Shown here one piece after another: positions 12,791 to 24,574 of a stretch of DNA of 64,000 bases (position 1 is the stretch's first letter; each line of letters begins with the position of its first letter). Origin of the DNA: Marsupella aquatica (Eukaryota > Plantae > Marchantiophyta); the NCBI GenBank assembly GCA_973895155.1, contig OZ316897.1:1-64000 (forward strand). The letters are read 5' to 3'. The notes beneath the pieces are model-generated. The model was not told where the DNA came from, made no database searches, and saw only the letters and a program-made list of their open reading frames with translations. A program made the position numbers and the translations under genes.

Positions 12791-14621
12791 GATTTTAAAT
12801 GAACGGGCCAGATGCTTGTATACACACGACCACACCATCTTCTTCACGACCGCCACTACACTTGTTACAGGCCTCCAAAACAGCCACACAGCCGCTGCAC
12901 TACGGCCGTAATGCGCCGATAATATATATAGTTCAATTCCACCCGTGAGGGGTCTTTCACTTGCTTCATACAGCTTTCCCCATTAACTTTTTCAATGGGG
13001 TTGCCATGGGGATATCGCCCTCCTGCAATCAATCTGCTCCTCAAATAATCCAAGACTCGTCAACTGTGAATGTACATCAGGAAATTAGGGTTCCTATTAT
13101 TTTGCAATTAAACAATGATTTATAAACTCACGAAGGGTGCGATAAGAATACACTGTAAAATCATAAATGTTATCATGTTGACCTGGCATTACTAGATATT
13201 TGTGGGTGCCACAATGATTCATTGCTTTGTAATTTTCACAAAATATTACATTAACAAATCATTGGGCTCATCGTGATGATTCATTGTCAAGTTATTCCAC
13301 GTTTATTCTTGCATGATTCTACAATGAAATACATTGTTGGATCATTATATTTTCATTGTTAGATCAATGTTTGGTCAATATTGTATGGACAGTGTAACAA
13401 TGTATTTTCAATACATTTGGTAATAAAAACCATTCTTCAATTAATGGACTTTCATTGACAGATCAATATGTGGTCAATGTAGTATAACAATGTAGTTTCA
13501 ACCGTCCAAACATCAGGGATCAAATAGAATTTCATTGACAATACATCAATAAACCAGCATCTCTTCTTCATCAATATAATGATAGGTATCTAATGTTGAT
13601 AAGACAATGATAAATACCTTTATTTTCATTAACATGTCATGGGTCATTGGTACTTATTATCTGTACATTATATTTTGGACACTCATATATCACTGGTTTT
13701 CCTTATCTTCTTTGCATAATCTCTAAGGTTTATGGATAATTTATTTGAGGGTACGACTTGACATTTTATATCAATGTTTCAACATCTTTCATTTATCTTT
13801 ACACCAATACATAGTCCTATATTCCATATTGAACTGATCTAATGGAATTAGTTTGTCATTTCAATATAGTATACGATACTAAAATCCAACATTATTTCAA
13901 TGTTATTGAGTATACAATTCTACATCACATTTAGGTTAGGGGTAGTACTACAATTGACATATGAATCACTTTCGAAAGACCTTTACAAAGAGGAGGAATA
14001 TGTCATATATGTAACATTTCATTTTAAAGACAAAGACAATAAAGAGTACATGATGCAAGAGGGTCAACTCATCCCTCTAACTACATTGAGTCTCTTCATA
14101 TAGCCACTATAATAGTCTGCTATTACTCAATACTCACATTCAATTAGGACAAGACTCATTATCCTAAATCTCACCCTAAATCACAATCCCAATCCTATTG
14201 ATGTCCCTTCTCTATCCTTTTACTTTCTCCTCCATCTTACTCATGCACTTGTGATGGAGATGCATTTGTGATGCCTCCATCACTCTGCCCTCCATAGCCA
14301 ACTCAAGCTGCAATTACAAATGTTCAGAATGATTAGAATCCATTATATGTGCAAGAAAAACCTTATTTAGAGATGTACTAAACCTTAAATCTGTAAGAAA
14401 CAAACTAAACATCAAACTTGTGAAAAAATAAATTGTAAAATTACAATATATCAGCAGACTTGAGCCCGCCATAAAGTCTACGATAATGTATATTCACAAG
14501 CACCACAGAAAACCCTTGTTCCTGGTGCTATTTCAGGACTGCTATTACTAGCAAAATTGCTCACCACATCTTAACGCCAAGATTCAACGAACCTACAGCG
14601 AAAGCACTGAAACACCTAAGT

Positions 14622-17600
14622 TACCTCACTCTCTAGTTGACCAAGATATGCTTCCATATTCTTTAACTTTAACTGTGCAAGCGCTGTAACTACTTGCCCC
14701 TCGAGAACCATTTTCTCGTGCCCTGCAGCTTCCCTCTCCATGAGCAGCCTCTCTCTTGCTCCTTCTTGTTCCTGTGAAGAGAACCAGTTAACAGATTTGT
14801 TTAAGAGACATCCTAGCCAGCTGGAAACGAATCATTTCTCAATAATTTGATTAGCATGAACTCCGAACAGTCCGATATAAACTTAGCAAAGGGATAGAAG
14901 TGACTTGGAAGTACCTTAAGATCCTTCGATGCAGCTGTCATTTCCTTTTTGTTAATTGTGCAAAGTATCATGCGCTTCTAAGTGTTAATACATGATTGTA
15001 CCAGACATGTATCTGAGTCCACTCCCCGGATATCACACCTTATTATCCGGGTGTCTATTGTGATGATTCACTAGTTCGTAGTATGTACGCTATTAGCCTT
15101 TACCGTAGATCTTTAGGTCTTTGTCTTCTACCCTTTGATGTATCTTGACCGATTGTCACTCAGCGGGTATATATGTGGGACCCCCGTTTCCCTTAAGCAT
15201 TCATTCATAGAATCAAGATTCGAATTGTCTTTACAATTTCATGGATTTGATACTCTTCTCTACGTCTTTCAATCGAGTTTCTCGGTCCCGACCACGCTCG
15301 TTAATTGCTCGCTCCAGGTCGGAGGCTTTCTTTATGCATTCATTGTGATGGTTCTCCTTGTTGGCTAGGTCCTTCTTTTCTGCGTCCAGCTCGGCCTCCA
15401 TTGTTCAGATCGACTCACTTAGCTGACATCGCGCAGGTATTTGATGTCAAGCTAACAAGGACCCGACTAAACACTTTGCTACTCACGACGACTGCACTCT
15501 TCGAAAATCCCAAGAATCTTGACTGTAAACATGAGAAAGAGCGCTACTATTGAAACAACAATTTGCGCTCGTAAACTTAAGCCCAGCAGTATATCTAACT
15601 CGTACGGGTAGCCATACACGAGGGGCTGAAGTCGCTTATACTGTCAAAGCTCTGATGCCAAGACAGTAGACCGTAAAAACCTAAGAAGGACATCCTCCCT
15701 CATTTTCCTCACAACAAAGTGATTCTCAGACACGTTGAATTGTCACTGATGAAACATGTTTGGAACCGAGAAATTGCAACAAACCTTGTGATGTTCGCTC
15801 TACTCAGCCCTGGTTTCATACAGAGAGAGATCATATGACTTCAGTTCCAATTGTGACTTTAAGTGGGCATATTTCTTCTGCATGGGTGCCAACTTCTCAA
15901 TCTACAACATTCGCATGTACAAATTAAGGACAACTGGAGGTCGTCGTACATTGGATCAAAAATCTTCACGACCACCAGATGTAGCTATAAGAACCCAGTC
16001 TCAACGGGGATGGACCTGGTATAAACAGATCCTGTTGCACATAGTTCTACTGCGTCATGTATAAACTCGACGTCATGTCCAAATCAAACATAAAAGCCTT
16101 ACCTCTTTCTCGATCTTTGAAAGTGCCTGAACATGCTCTGCCAAGCTGCCCTCCGCCTCTGCTAGTGCATGAAGTTGCATCAGGAGTTCCCCACCATTCC
16201 TGGAAGGAAACATTAAATGAAATACTTGCACTGCGACTTCTGCAGGACATCTAAACTTACAGCGACACTATGCTTCTACGTTACTCTAAGCAGAGACGGT
16301 ACGCATGAGGAAAATCTGCCCAGCGTTTGAAACCTGTATAGCTCAATTTCTTTACTTCGGATGAGCTGATCGCAACAATAGCTCCATTCCACAACTCGGA
16401 CGTTCGTACAAAGTGAATTAGCTCAGAAACGGACCTGCGCGAACCACCGGTAAGAAGACCACGAGGTTCAAAAACATCCCCCTGTAGGGTCACCCACTTA
16501 GTATTGACGTCCTTGTGGGAAAGCCACCTACACCAGCCGATACTTGAGCGAAAATCTGCTGAGTTTACTTCGAATATAATCATTTTACTCCAAGGCTAGC
16601 ATGAATATAAAGTCAACTACTGGTAGGGGTTTTAGTATTCAAGAAGTCTGCACTAATGAAAAGGGTCAACTTTATCATAAGGATCTACAATTTCAAAATA
16701 ATATGCAATTGCTGAAATTCACCTGTTTGGCCGTTTCAGTATCATTACAGACAAACGCTCCACCAAAAACGAAAGCCATAGCCGCCTGCATTATGACATT
16801 ACTATATCAGAATGTTCTTTACTCCAAACGTTAGACAGACGTCAATAGAATTGTTAATACGTAGTACCTTTGAATCGTCTACTTGGAGACTAACTATATT
16901 TGCATACGCTAAAGCAGGAGAAGCTGATCTCTAAATACGACAGGAAGCTACATTTAACTTACTTGAAGCTCGTCAGGGTAGCCAACGAGGGACAGTGCTG
17001 GTTTTGCCCTGGCAGGACCCACCGTACCTGTACGAGACAAAAGCTGCTCAGACTGTACATCTTAAGGCCATCATAGCGAAATTTTGAGTTGGACTAAGCG
17101 AAGCACTGAGTCACACACACCAGATCTGATTGCTCAATATGTGAAAGATCCAGCGGCTAAATTTAAGGAACAAGACATTTGCAATGCAACATTGTCAGGG
17201 AACCATCTTCAAACGTAGCACCCCTTCGAAAGAATCAAACAAAAGAGTGAAGCATTCATTCTGAGGATACGAATAGTTTGCAGTTCCCACCTAAAGATCA
17301 TTTTCTCAACCCCTTTATATCTCACACAACCAACCATGAATTCCGGCATCTGCTGAAGATAAATAACTATTACGATTCGAATAAATCTTTCCAATCTAAG
17401 AAGAGAGCACTGAAAGCGATGCAAGATGGGAACCTTTCTTTAGCGAGAACATACGTCAGAAAATAAATCATACCAGCTTGGCCGCTGCCGCCTGAGTTCT
17501 CGAAGAGATGGGGTTGGCTTGAATCTTGTTGAGAGGAATGATGGTAATCCTTCAGCGCAGCCCACCTTTCTCTAGGAGCAGTTTAGCAGTTTGCTCAGTG

Positions 17601-20362
17601 TCCACTACAATATTATAAAATTTACTTCCTGTAATAACCTGTTCGCAAGATTTGTACTACCATTTCAGGCTCCTGATAGTGTCTCAAAGTTAAAATGTGA
17701 AGCCACACCATAGCAGTTTCATACAAAGAAATACAATATGAATTCAACAACAAACATGGGAGTTGGGGATCACACACCTCAAGGGCAGTCATAGTAGAGG
17801 CAACCTGCACAAGGCGTGGTACTGGTCCTTTAACCCGTGACTTCTCGAATCCCCTCTCAGGGTCATTGTATGAGAATTGAAGGCCCGAAAGTTCCCCCGT
17901 AAGATTGCTAACCTAAGTTGTCTTGAGTCCCTTTACCGTTTCAGCCTCGGTTCTCCGGCTCTGGAGTGCAATGTTCACGTCAATGTTTGTTAGGTTGTCG
18001 AGAATCGTCCAAGAGAACAGCAGCCTTCATTAAAGCTGAGAATGACTGCAATTCCAATTCGTGACTTGTTATTGCACCGTGTTCAGATAAGGGCAAAACA
18101 ACAGGTTGACGAAGGACATAGAATACAACATAATTAAGAGCAGATTTCCACGCCCAGCAGACGAGAACTGCACCTACACTTAACCCTTGTAGACATGCTA
18201 GAAGCCAGAAATTCACAGCAGAAACATGCGCAAGGTCATACAATTGGGCCACTACATTCCCCGCACACCTAAGAACAGGTCCTAATCAAAACAATGGGAG
18301 TTCACAACTGTGGGAGAACCTGTTCCAGGGAATTCATTCGGTCCTCTTCGAATCCTAGTTTATTTATGGCATCTTGCAGCTTCTCCAATTCCGCCTTACG
18401 TGAGCGCAGATCCTCCTGTGCAGCAGCTACTTCGTGTTGCTTGGAATTGAAATGCTGCTGTTTCGCTTTCAGCTCTTTGTCGAGATGTTTGATCTTTGTT
18501 TTGCTCTGCTGCACCTCAGTCGGAGCTTTCCCTACCGCAGCATTTGCATCATCTCGCTGGTCTGCCAGACTCTTTTGTTCAGCCCCACTAGCCTTCCCTG
18601 CTTGAATCCCCTGAACCAAACGAATTTCGACGAGCCACTGACTTTTCACCTGGACTCTGCTGAATGGACGAAATTTGAATCTTCAAAGTAAACCCTTCAG
18701 CTGGTGTACTGTTCTTAGACAAAAACATATTGCTATGAACATGCTAAAGTCAGCATCGATAGCAGATTATTACCAGTTTTATCAGTGTTGGCTCAATTCC
18801 TGTTTGCATCCTCAGAGTTCAAATAACTACCTGATAATCTCGTTCAAGGTCTTCCAATGTCTTTGCCTGCTGCTCCACTTTCTCTTTCAGACCTGAAAAT
18901 TCTTCCTCAGCTTGAAGTTCAGCAGCAGTTTTGGCGGCGATGACACCATCCAAATCCTTTACATTTCTTTGCAGCTGATAGATAACAGCCAGCAAATTGA
19001 GGTGAGTAAACAGGGGTACCTCCCATGATACGGCTCATGTACCAAAACCTGCCTGCTTTACAGTTTGGCGTCTGAGATTGGTTGCATACCTGCTCAGCGG
19101 TAGCTTTCTCGACGTCAAAAGACTCTTGTTTTGCATTGACAGCAGAGTCGACCTTCACAAGAGCTTATCCACCGCATCAGACAAACTTCTCATGTCACTA
19201 TTCATCTGCTTCTCTTTGGCCTCAGTCAATGCAGCAACAGAAGCCTCGTTCTGGGCTATTTCTTCCTCTAATCTTACCGACGGCAGATAATTTAATAGCC
19301 TCAACCTTGTCTTGCATTTTGGCCTCCTCACCCGAAGAAGCTTCCTTCAACCTCCAGCCTCCGAAAAATCGAAAGCAATGCAGAATCTGTCGAGACGATC
19401 CACCACTGCATTGCCGGAAGTCCACTACTGGTACTGCGCTCGTTCTTTCCATAGCTTCTCGAGAGCTGGAAGGATGTTTTGACTCAAAAGGTTGTCAATT
19501 TCATCCACTTAATTTCGCCTGCTTTTTTTCCAGAGTCTTGAGAGCGTTCTCTTTTTTCGACTCGTACGTCTTAGTTCCAGCTGCCTCTTCTAGCATTGAC
19601 AGAATCTCAGGCGGCTTCATGTTGAGTACTTTCGTGATACGACCTTGCATGATGAGAAAGTGAGGATTGTTGATATTCAGCTGTACGGAGTGGAAGAGAT
19701 TTTGGACCTGGGTGGGCTGCCTTACGTGGCCATTTATCCAGTACTTGTTCCGTCCACCAACGATAATCTACAGTATGACAAAAGACCATATAATCAGACA
19801 ATGCCTGACCATGGAATACTGTGCGAATCGAAATGTTCTCATGTTCTGTCTGCCACTCATTGGATCCGGTATCTCTCTTGGCTATTGATCATCAAAATAT
19901 TTATTCACGAGGTGTGGGGAGCATCGGAAGAAAAGACTGACTGTTTCCAGGCCAACAGAGACGGGTGTCTCGGCAAGAGGGCCAACTTAATATCGGAAAT
20001 TGAATGAAATGAAGTTCAGATAAATTCGTGAGGGGTAAACTTACCTGGCGAGTGACAGTAATCTCACTCGAGTCTTCATAGCCGATAGGACTTCGCTTAC
20101 GGTTCGAATTGTCAAACAGAATTGAAACTGTTGCTTTTGTAATTCCCGCCTGCCCTTGCTTGTAAACCAGCTCTTGCAAGTTGCTTGCCCTAACTTGCTG
20201 CAAATTCGTAATTCCCAGCACGAAGCAAATAGAGTCCAAGATGTTCGACTTCCCTGATCCATTCAGCCCTGTTATTGCGTTGAATTGCTGATCAAAGCCG
20301 GAAACCACAGTCCTTTGAGCGTACGACTTGAATCCGTCCAAGGTTATCTCCTTCACATACAT
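14622..20362 (-). pseudogene. SMC2: Condensin SMC2 (CAP-E) intron-containing pseudogene, 3'-truncated
   Basis: Exon 1 (20362-20045) reads [15 protein letters not shown]...[24 protein letters not shown]...EITVTRQ|GT. Exon 2 (19767-19090) has [32 protein letters not shown]. Hinge exons read GGLR*RITIIPLNKIQ, MAFVFGGAFVC and VTLQGDVFEPRGLLTGGS. Disabled by a 4-bp TTAA insertion (19509-19512), a TAG at 19425-19427 and further stops. No C-terminal LSGG/Walker B seen. Confidence 0.95.
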
Positions 20363-21212
20363 CGCGCCAGCGTCCCCTGGACGACGACAACCTCTGCGCC
20401 AGACACGGAGGTTTGATGGCCACCAACATCTCTACATGATCTAAGGACATCCCGGTGCCTATCCTCGCAAGCTCACAATCCTTGTAGAATTCACAATCTG
20501 CTAAGAATTACTTGTCGTACTGGCTTCGGATTGCTCAATTGCTATAGTTGCTTCTCGGGGACTTGGTATCGAGCTTTGCGTAGCTACATGCTCACGAATC
20601 CGGTCATCCCTGTTAGGTTCGCGTTACCACTTTTACACGGCCTCTCGTCAAGTCCTTTGGGCACACAATTCCTAGTAAGGGCCCTACCTATATACGTATA
20701 CTGGATGTTCTTCTGCGTTTCGACCTTACATTGCTGGGCAACTATACTTCTCACCTCTGAGCGCCCAAGGAAGCGGGACAAAATCTCTTTTTCAGCCCGG
20801 GATACTGTCCATCCTGGTTCAAGTCCTGCTCATTTCTTGCATGACGTCTCCTGCTGCCTGAGCTCCTTTTATTTCCCGTCACAATCTACATCAATTTTGT
20901 TGCCACTTGCTCGTTACTTGCTTGTTGCCACTTGTCGTCAATTCTTTGTTTTGTATGCACGACACTTCAGTTGCAAAGGGTTCTTTCTTGGAGGGCGATA
21001 AACAAGAGCACTCGCGCCATAGTTTTTCAGAGGGCAATGTGCGGGTATGACGGTGGGTTGCTTTGGGGTTTGGATGGAAGATCTTCTCATACTTTTTCTT
21101 CTCAGAACTTGTAGTTTTGATTCTCAAGTTTTGATGGCAAAGCTGGGATGATTCGTAAACGAGTCCAGCAGGAGGAATTTGATCCTGGAGAAGATACCGC
21201 TACTGCTATCAA

Positions 21213-21476
21213 ATTCAGAACAAGAGTGTTATTACTTGGACCAGCATGATTGCAGGATACGCTAGGAGTGATCATGTTCAATCTACACTCGACATTTTCA
21301 ATCTAATGCGCCAAGAAGGCGTGAAGCCAAATGAGATCACGTATCTGAGCATCCTGAATGCATGTGGCAGCCCATTAGCTCTAACATGCGGAAAATAAAT
21401 TCATGAGCATGTTCGACAGGTCGGCTTTGAATCATCCGTGCGTGTAGGGTCTGCTCTCGTACTGATGTACGCTAAA
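21213..21476 (+). pseudogene. PLS-class pentatricopeptide-repeat gene fragment
   Basis: Manual translation IQNKSVITWTSMIAGYARS...MRQEGVKPNEITYLSILNACGS...GK*IHEHV...VGSALVLMYAK. Contains an internal stop and ends abruptly at the block C junction. Confidence 0.9.
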
Positions 21477-21850
21477 TAGTTCGCATTTTGACCCGAAGCT
21501 GCCCTGACGAGATGTCAAGGTCTCTCTGGTTTGAGAGTCGAATGACGGATTGTGAATGAATGAGTTGACAAAGATCCACAAATGATTTTTGACCTGAAAT
21601 GACTTCACCATCATGTGAGCCTTCCGAATCATAATGAAGTCCTTCCAAAACATCAAACACATTAGTCTTCAGGATGTCAAAGTGTTCCCTGAAGAGCTTC
21701 TTGGCTTCCTCTTCAAATTTAGTTGCTGCAAACTTCCGAGCGAGTTTGAGCATCTGCCGTACATTATCTACTCCTAATCGTCGGCAAAACTCAGTGTCGA
21801 TGATTAATTATTTAGCATCTAGAACAAATTGGAAGGGATATCTAGTGAAG
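21477..21850 (-). pseudogene. Gene fragment resembling the helical region after a BTB/POZ domain
   Basis: RRLGVDNVRQMLKLARKFAATKFEEEAKKLFREHFDIL fits the BTB-BACK-like pattern. Second copy at about 57277-57680. Confidence 0.45.
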
Positions 21851-22789
21851 GCCGATCGCGATGTAGCAGTGATGACAAAACAACGTTGTAGGTCCTGTTT
21901 GGAGGCCAATTCAACGACGGTGGTTTGTATCAGCCCATCAAAAGTGGAATAATGATCAGCGGAGGTCAACTATTTTTGTAAATTTGTAGCGGGTCCTAGT
22001 ACAGAACCATAGTACTGAAAGTTGCCCTTTCTTTTCCCGAGGGGACATTTATGGCAGGACGTGATTGTTTCTCACCTAGAGATAGCCGATGGCATCACAA
22101 TCTCTCTGGTGCTCCAGCCAAGCACAGCTCCTTGTTCCCAGAGCTACTGTCCAGAGTGCTAACTTACGTAGTGGCAATCCTAGTGTGAATCAAGCTTTAT
22201 CAGGCCCCAATAAACCTGACAGAGCGGCTACATACTGAGGCTTGATTCCAATCTTATCTGAGCATGCTTTGTCCCAGAGCGGCTACATACTGAGGCTTGA
22301 TTCCAAGCTTATCTGAGCATGCTTTGTCCCAGATGGGAAGTCTGACCTCTGGGTCCCGCCCCGTAGCATCTGCTCGTCCCAGTTGTTTATCGAACTGTCC
22401 CCATCGCCCATTTGATCCCTAGGCTGTGTACAGCTGTAGCCCCTTTTCCTCCTTGCCCCCGCACTTCCGAATTGCAGCTTGAATGAATGTGCACTTTGTA
22501 GCCGACTGAGCAGCCAGGTGGATCAAATCAGCTTTAGTATTATGTCAGTCTTTTCCCTTTGGCCCAGTGTCCAAAGCTGCTGACATGGCTGTTCTAATCA
22601 CATTGGCTTGCTACAACATTACTCCGACAGCATCTACTCTCAGTGACCCAACAGCATCGCGATCCCTAACTACTCCGCCGAATTTTCCAAAGCTCAGCAC
22701 AGTATTGACTTTACACGTGACCTCTTAAGCAAACCATTCATTCCTGTAGACTCAAGCAAGCGATGCTCAGAGTCTCATCGCCTTTCGCA

Positions 22790-23353
22790 GATCATTGGGG
22801 GGCAACAGACCACCGGCAGCACTTGAGAGATAGAATGCATGTCTACGCGGGAGCTCAATCACCACTGAACAGCCCCGCCTGGCATAAGGTTTCTTTACTC
22901 TAAGTACACACCAAACGCTCGTCCGCCGCAATGACATGAAAATCCCCCTCAAAACAAAATACATTGACGACATCACTGTTTTGAGAATACAAGGATTACA
23001 GCAGTGCAAATATTTCGTCCACTAGGATCTCCACTTCTCCAGTCAATCAGTCCAAAGTAGGCGTTGAGATTCTCCGAATGATGAAACCTGTCCGGTAGAA
23101 GACTTTGGAACGCGCAACACTGCAACATGACCGAGTCACGTCAACGGTGCCCACATCTTGCGAACAACTCACTTTTGCATATTGTGTCGAGTTGCAAACG
23201 AACAAACCGGGATGCTGCTGTCATCTCTCGCTCTCTAGTCCCCACGGCCGATGTCGTCATTCTTTCTTGTGAGATGTTTGGTTTTTTCATTTTCAATACC
23301 TTTGCGGACCCACTTGTTAGTGAGCACATGGGTCCTATGTTTTGCAGGGCCAC
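22790..23353 (-). pseudogene. Possible F-box gene fragment
   Basis: RLQLDTICKSELFARCGH...CCSVARS resembles an F-box motif, and downstream FYLSSAAGGLL is typical of plant F-box proteins. Frameshifted. Confidence 0.35.
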
Positions 23354-24054
23354 AGGGATCCGTGTGTTTGAAGGTTGAGCGAATTAGTGAAGCGGCATTG
23401 CATTCTCTGGCTCGTGGGGTCCCGCCTTCATTTCTTCATCGTTTTGCTTCTCGTTGGACTATCGCAGCTTGAGTTTTTCAACTGGGCTTGTTACCAGTCT
23501 TGTCGTTTGAGCTTCATCGAGGAGTCTCTAACATGTGTACTTGTCACTCGTCTGGTTAGATCGACTTTGTATCGACTGCTGCTGCCAACAGATCCTTGTG
23601 GTGAGTTCTCCCTTCTCTATTTCGAATGTATCTTCTCTCCATATATAGTTAGATCTGACTGGTAATTAGCTATTGCATCTCTCAATTATTTTGCACTTTA
23701 TTAACTCAGGGTGCAAACATGGGATCATTAATTTGGCACTGCGAATGTGTTGGAATATATATATTGCGCGTTGTTTTATGGGAGAAAGGTGCGAAAATAG
23801 TCCCAGCTAGATAATACACTTGACCTCCCGTGCAAATCTGATATTCAGGCCTGTGTTAAGTGCATAATTTCTTTTCGCTTCTAAACACTATTTTCGGTGC
23901 TTCATTCGTGCAAAAGAGAAAAGTTTTTGCTGTGATTATGTTGTGCCTCCCCCTAGAGTCCTGTGGGCAGGATATATAGAGATGGATACTCCGAGCTTGT
24001 ATAGGAGGAGAGATTGATGGACAATGGTTTAATTACCAAAGAGGCGATTTGATC

Positions 24055-24279
24055 GCATGCGCAAGTATGCAGAGAATGATGTCATTGTCCCGGCAAAGTT
24101 TAAAGAGTTTCTGAACGCAAAGCAAGGTGAAACCGAGGTTGGGTGATGCCGAGAAGAGCATCAATGAGCAGATGGCTCACTAGAATACGATATTGATGAA
24201 AGCAAAGCACTCCTTCACATTGGATGCATTCCTCCAGTACCTTCTCGACCCGATTGTCAACATTGCTTACTTAAACAAG
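24055..24279 (+). pseudogene. Phosphoinositide phospholipase C N-terminal (EF-hand-like) exon fragment
   Basis: KYAENDVIVPAKFKEFLNAKQGETEV..DAEKSINEQMAH*...FTLDAFLQYLLDPIVN...K followed by a GTGAG donor. Frameshift and stop. Second copy at about 59205-59431. Confidence 0.65.
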
Positions 24280-24574
24280 GTGAGACAAAACTAGACGCGT
24301 CAATTTTTCCGTTTCTCATGTCTCGAGTAAGGCACGAATTAGAGTGGAGCCAATCCAGTACTTCACAGTGAATTCTAGCACACTATTGTGGCTGCGGTAG
24401 TCGGAAGATTGTATAAAGCTGTGAAGAGGGTCTATATATGGCGGATCTTTAGAGGTACGGATGGCTCATAGGCAGTTTTGTGACTTTCATGGTCGGAAGC
24501 TGCCTTCAATCTGTCCCTAGATAAGGCTGGGAAATTGGCATAGAGACCTTGCCGTGTATGTTGTATGAGATTGT

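Larger units (their letters stand above)
21476..24535 (+). repeat. Segmental duplication, block C copy 1 (mosaic of gene fragments)
   Basis: Colinear with 57302-59726, from ATAGTTCGCATTTTG to GATAAGGCTGGGAAAT, with several large indels. Confidence 0.93.
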
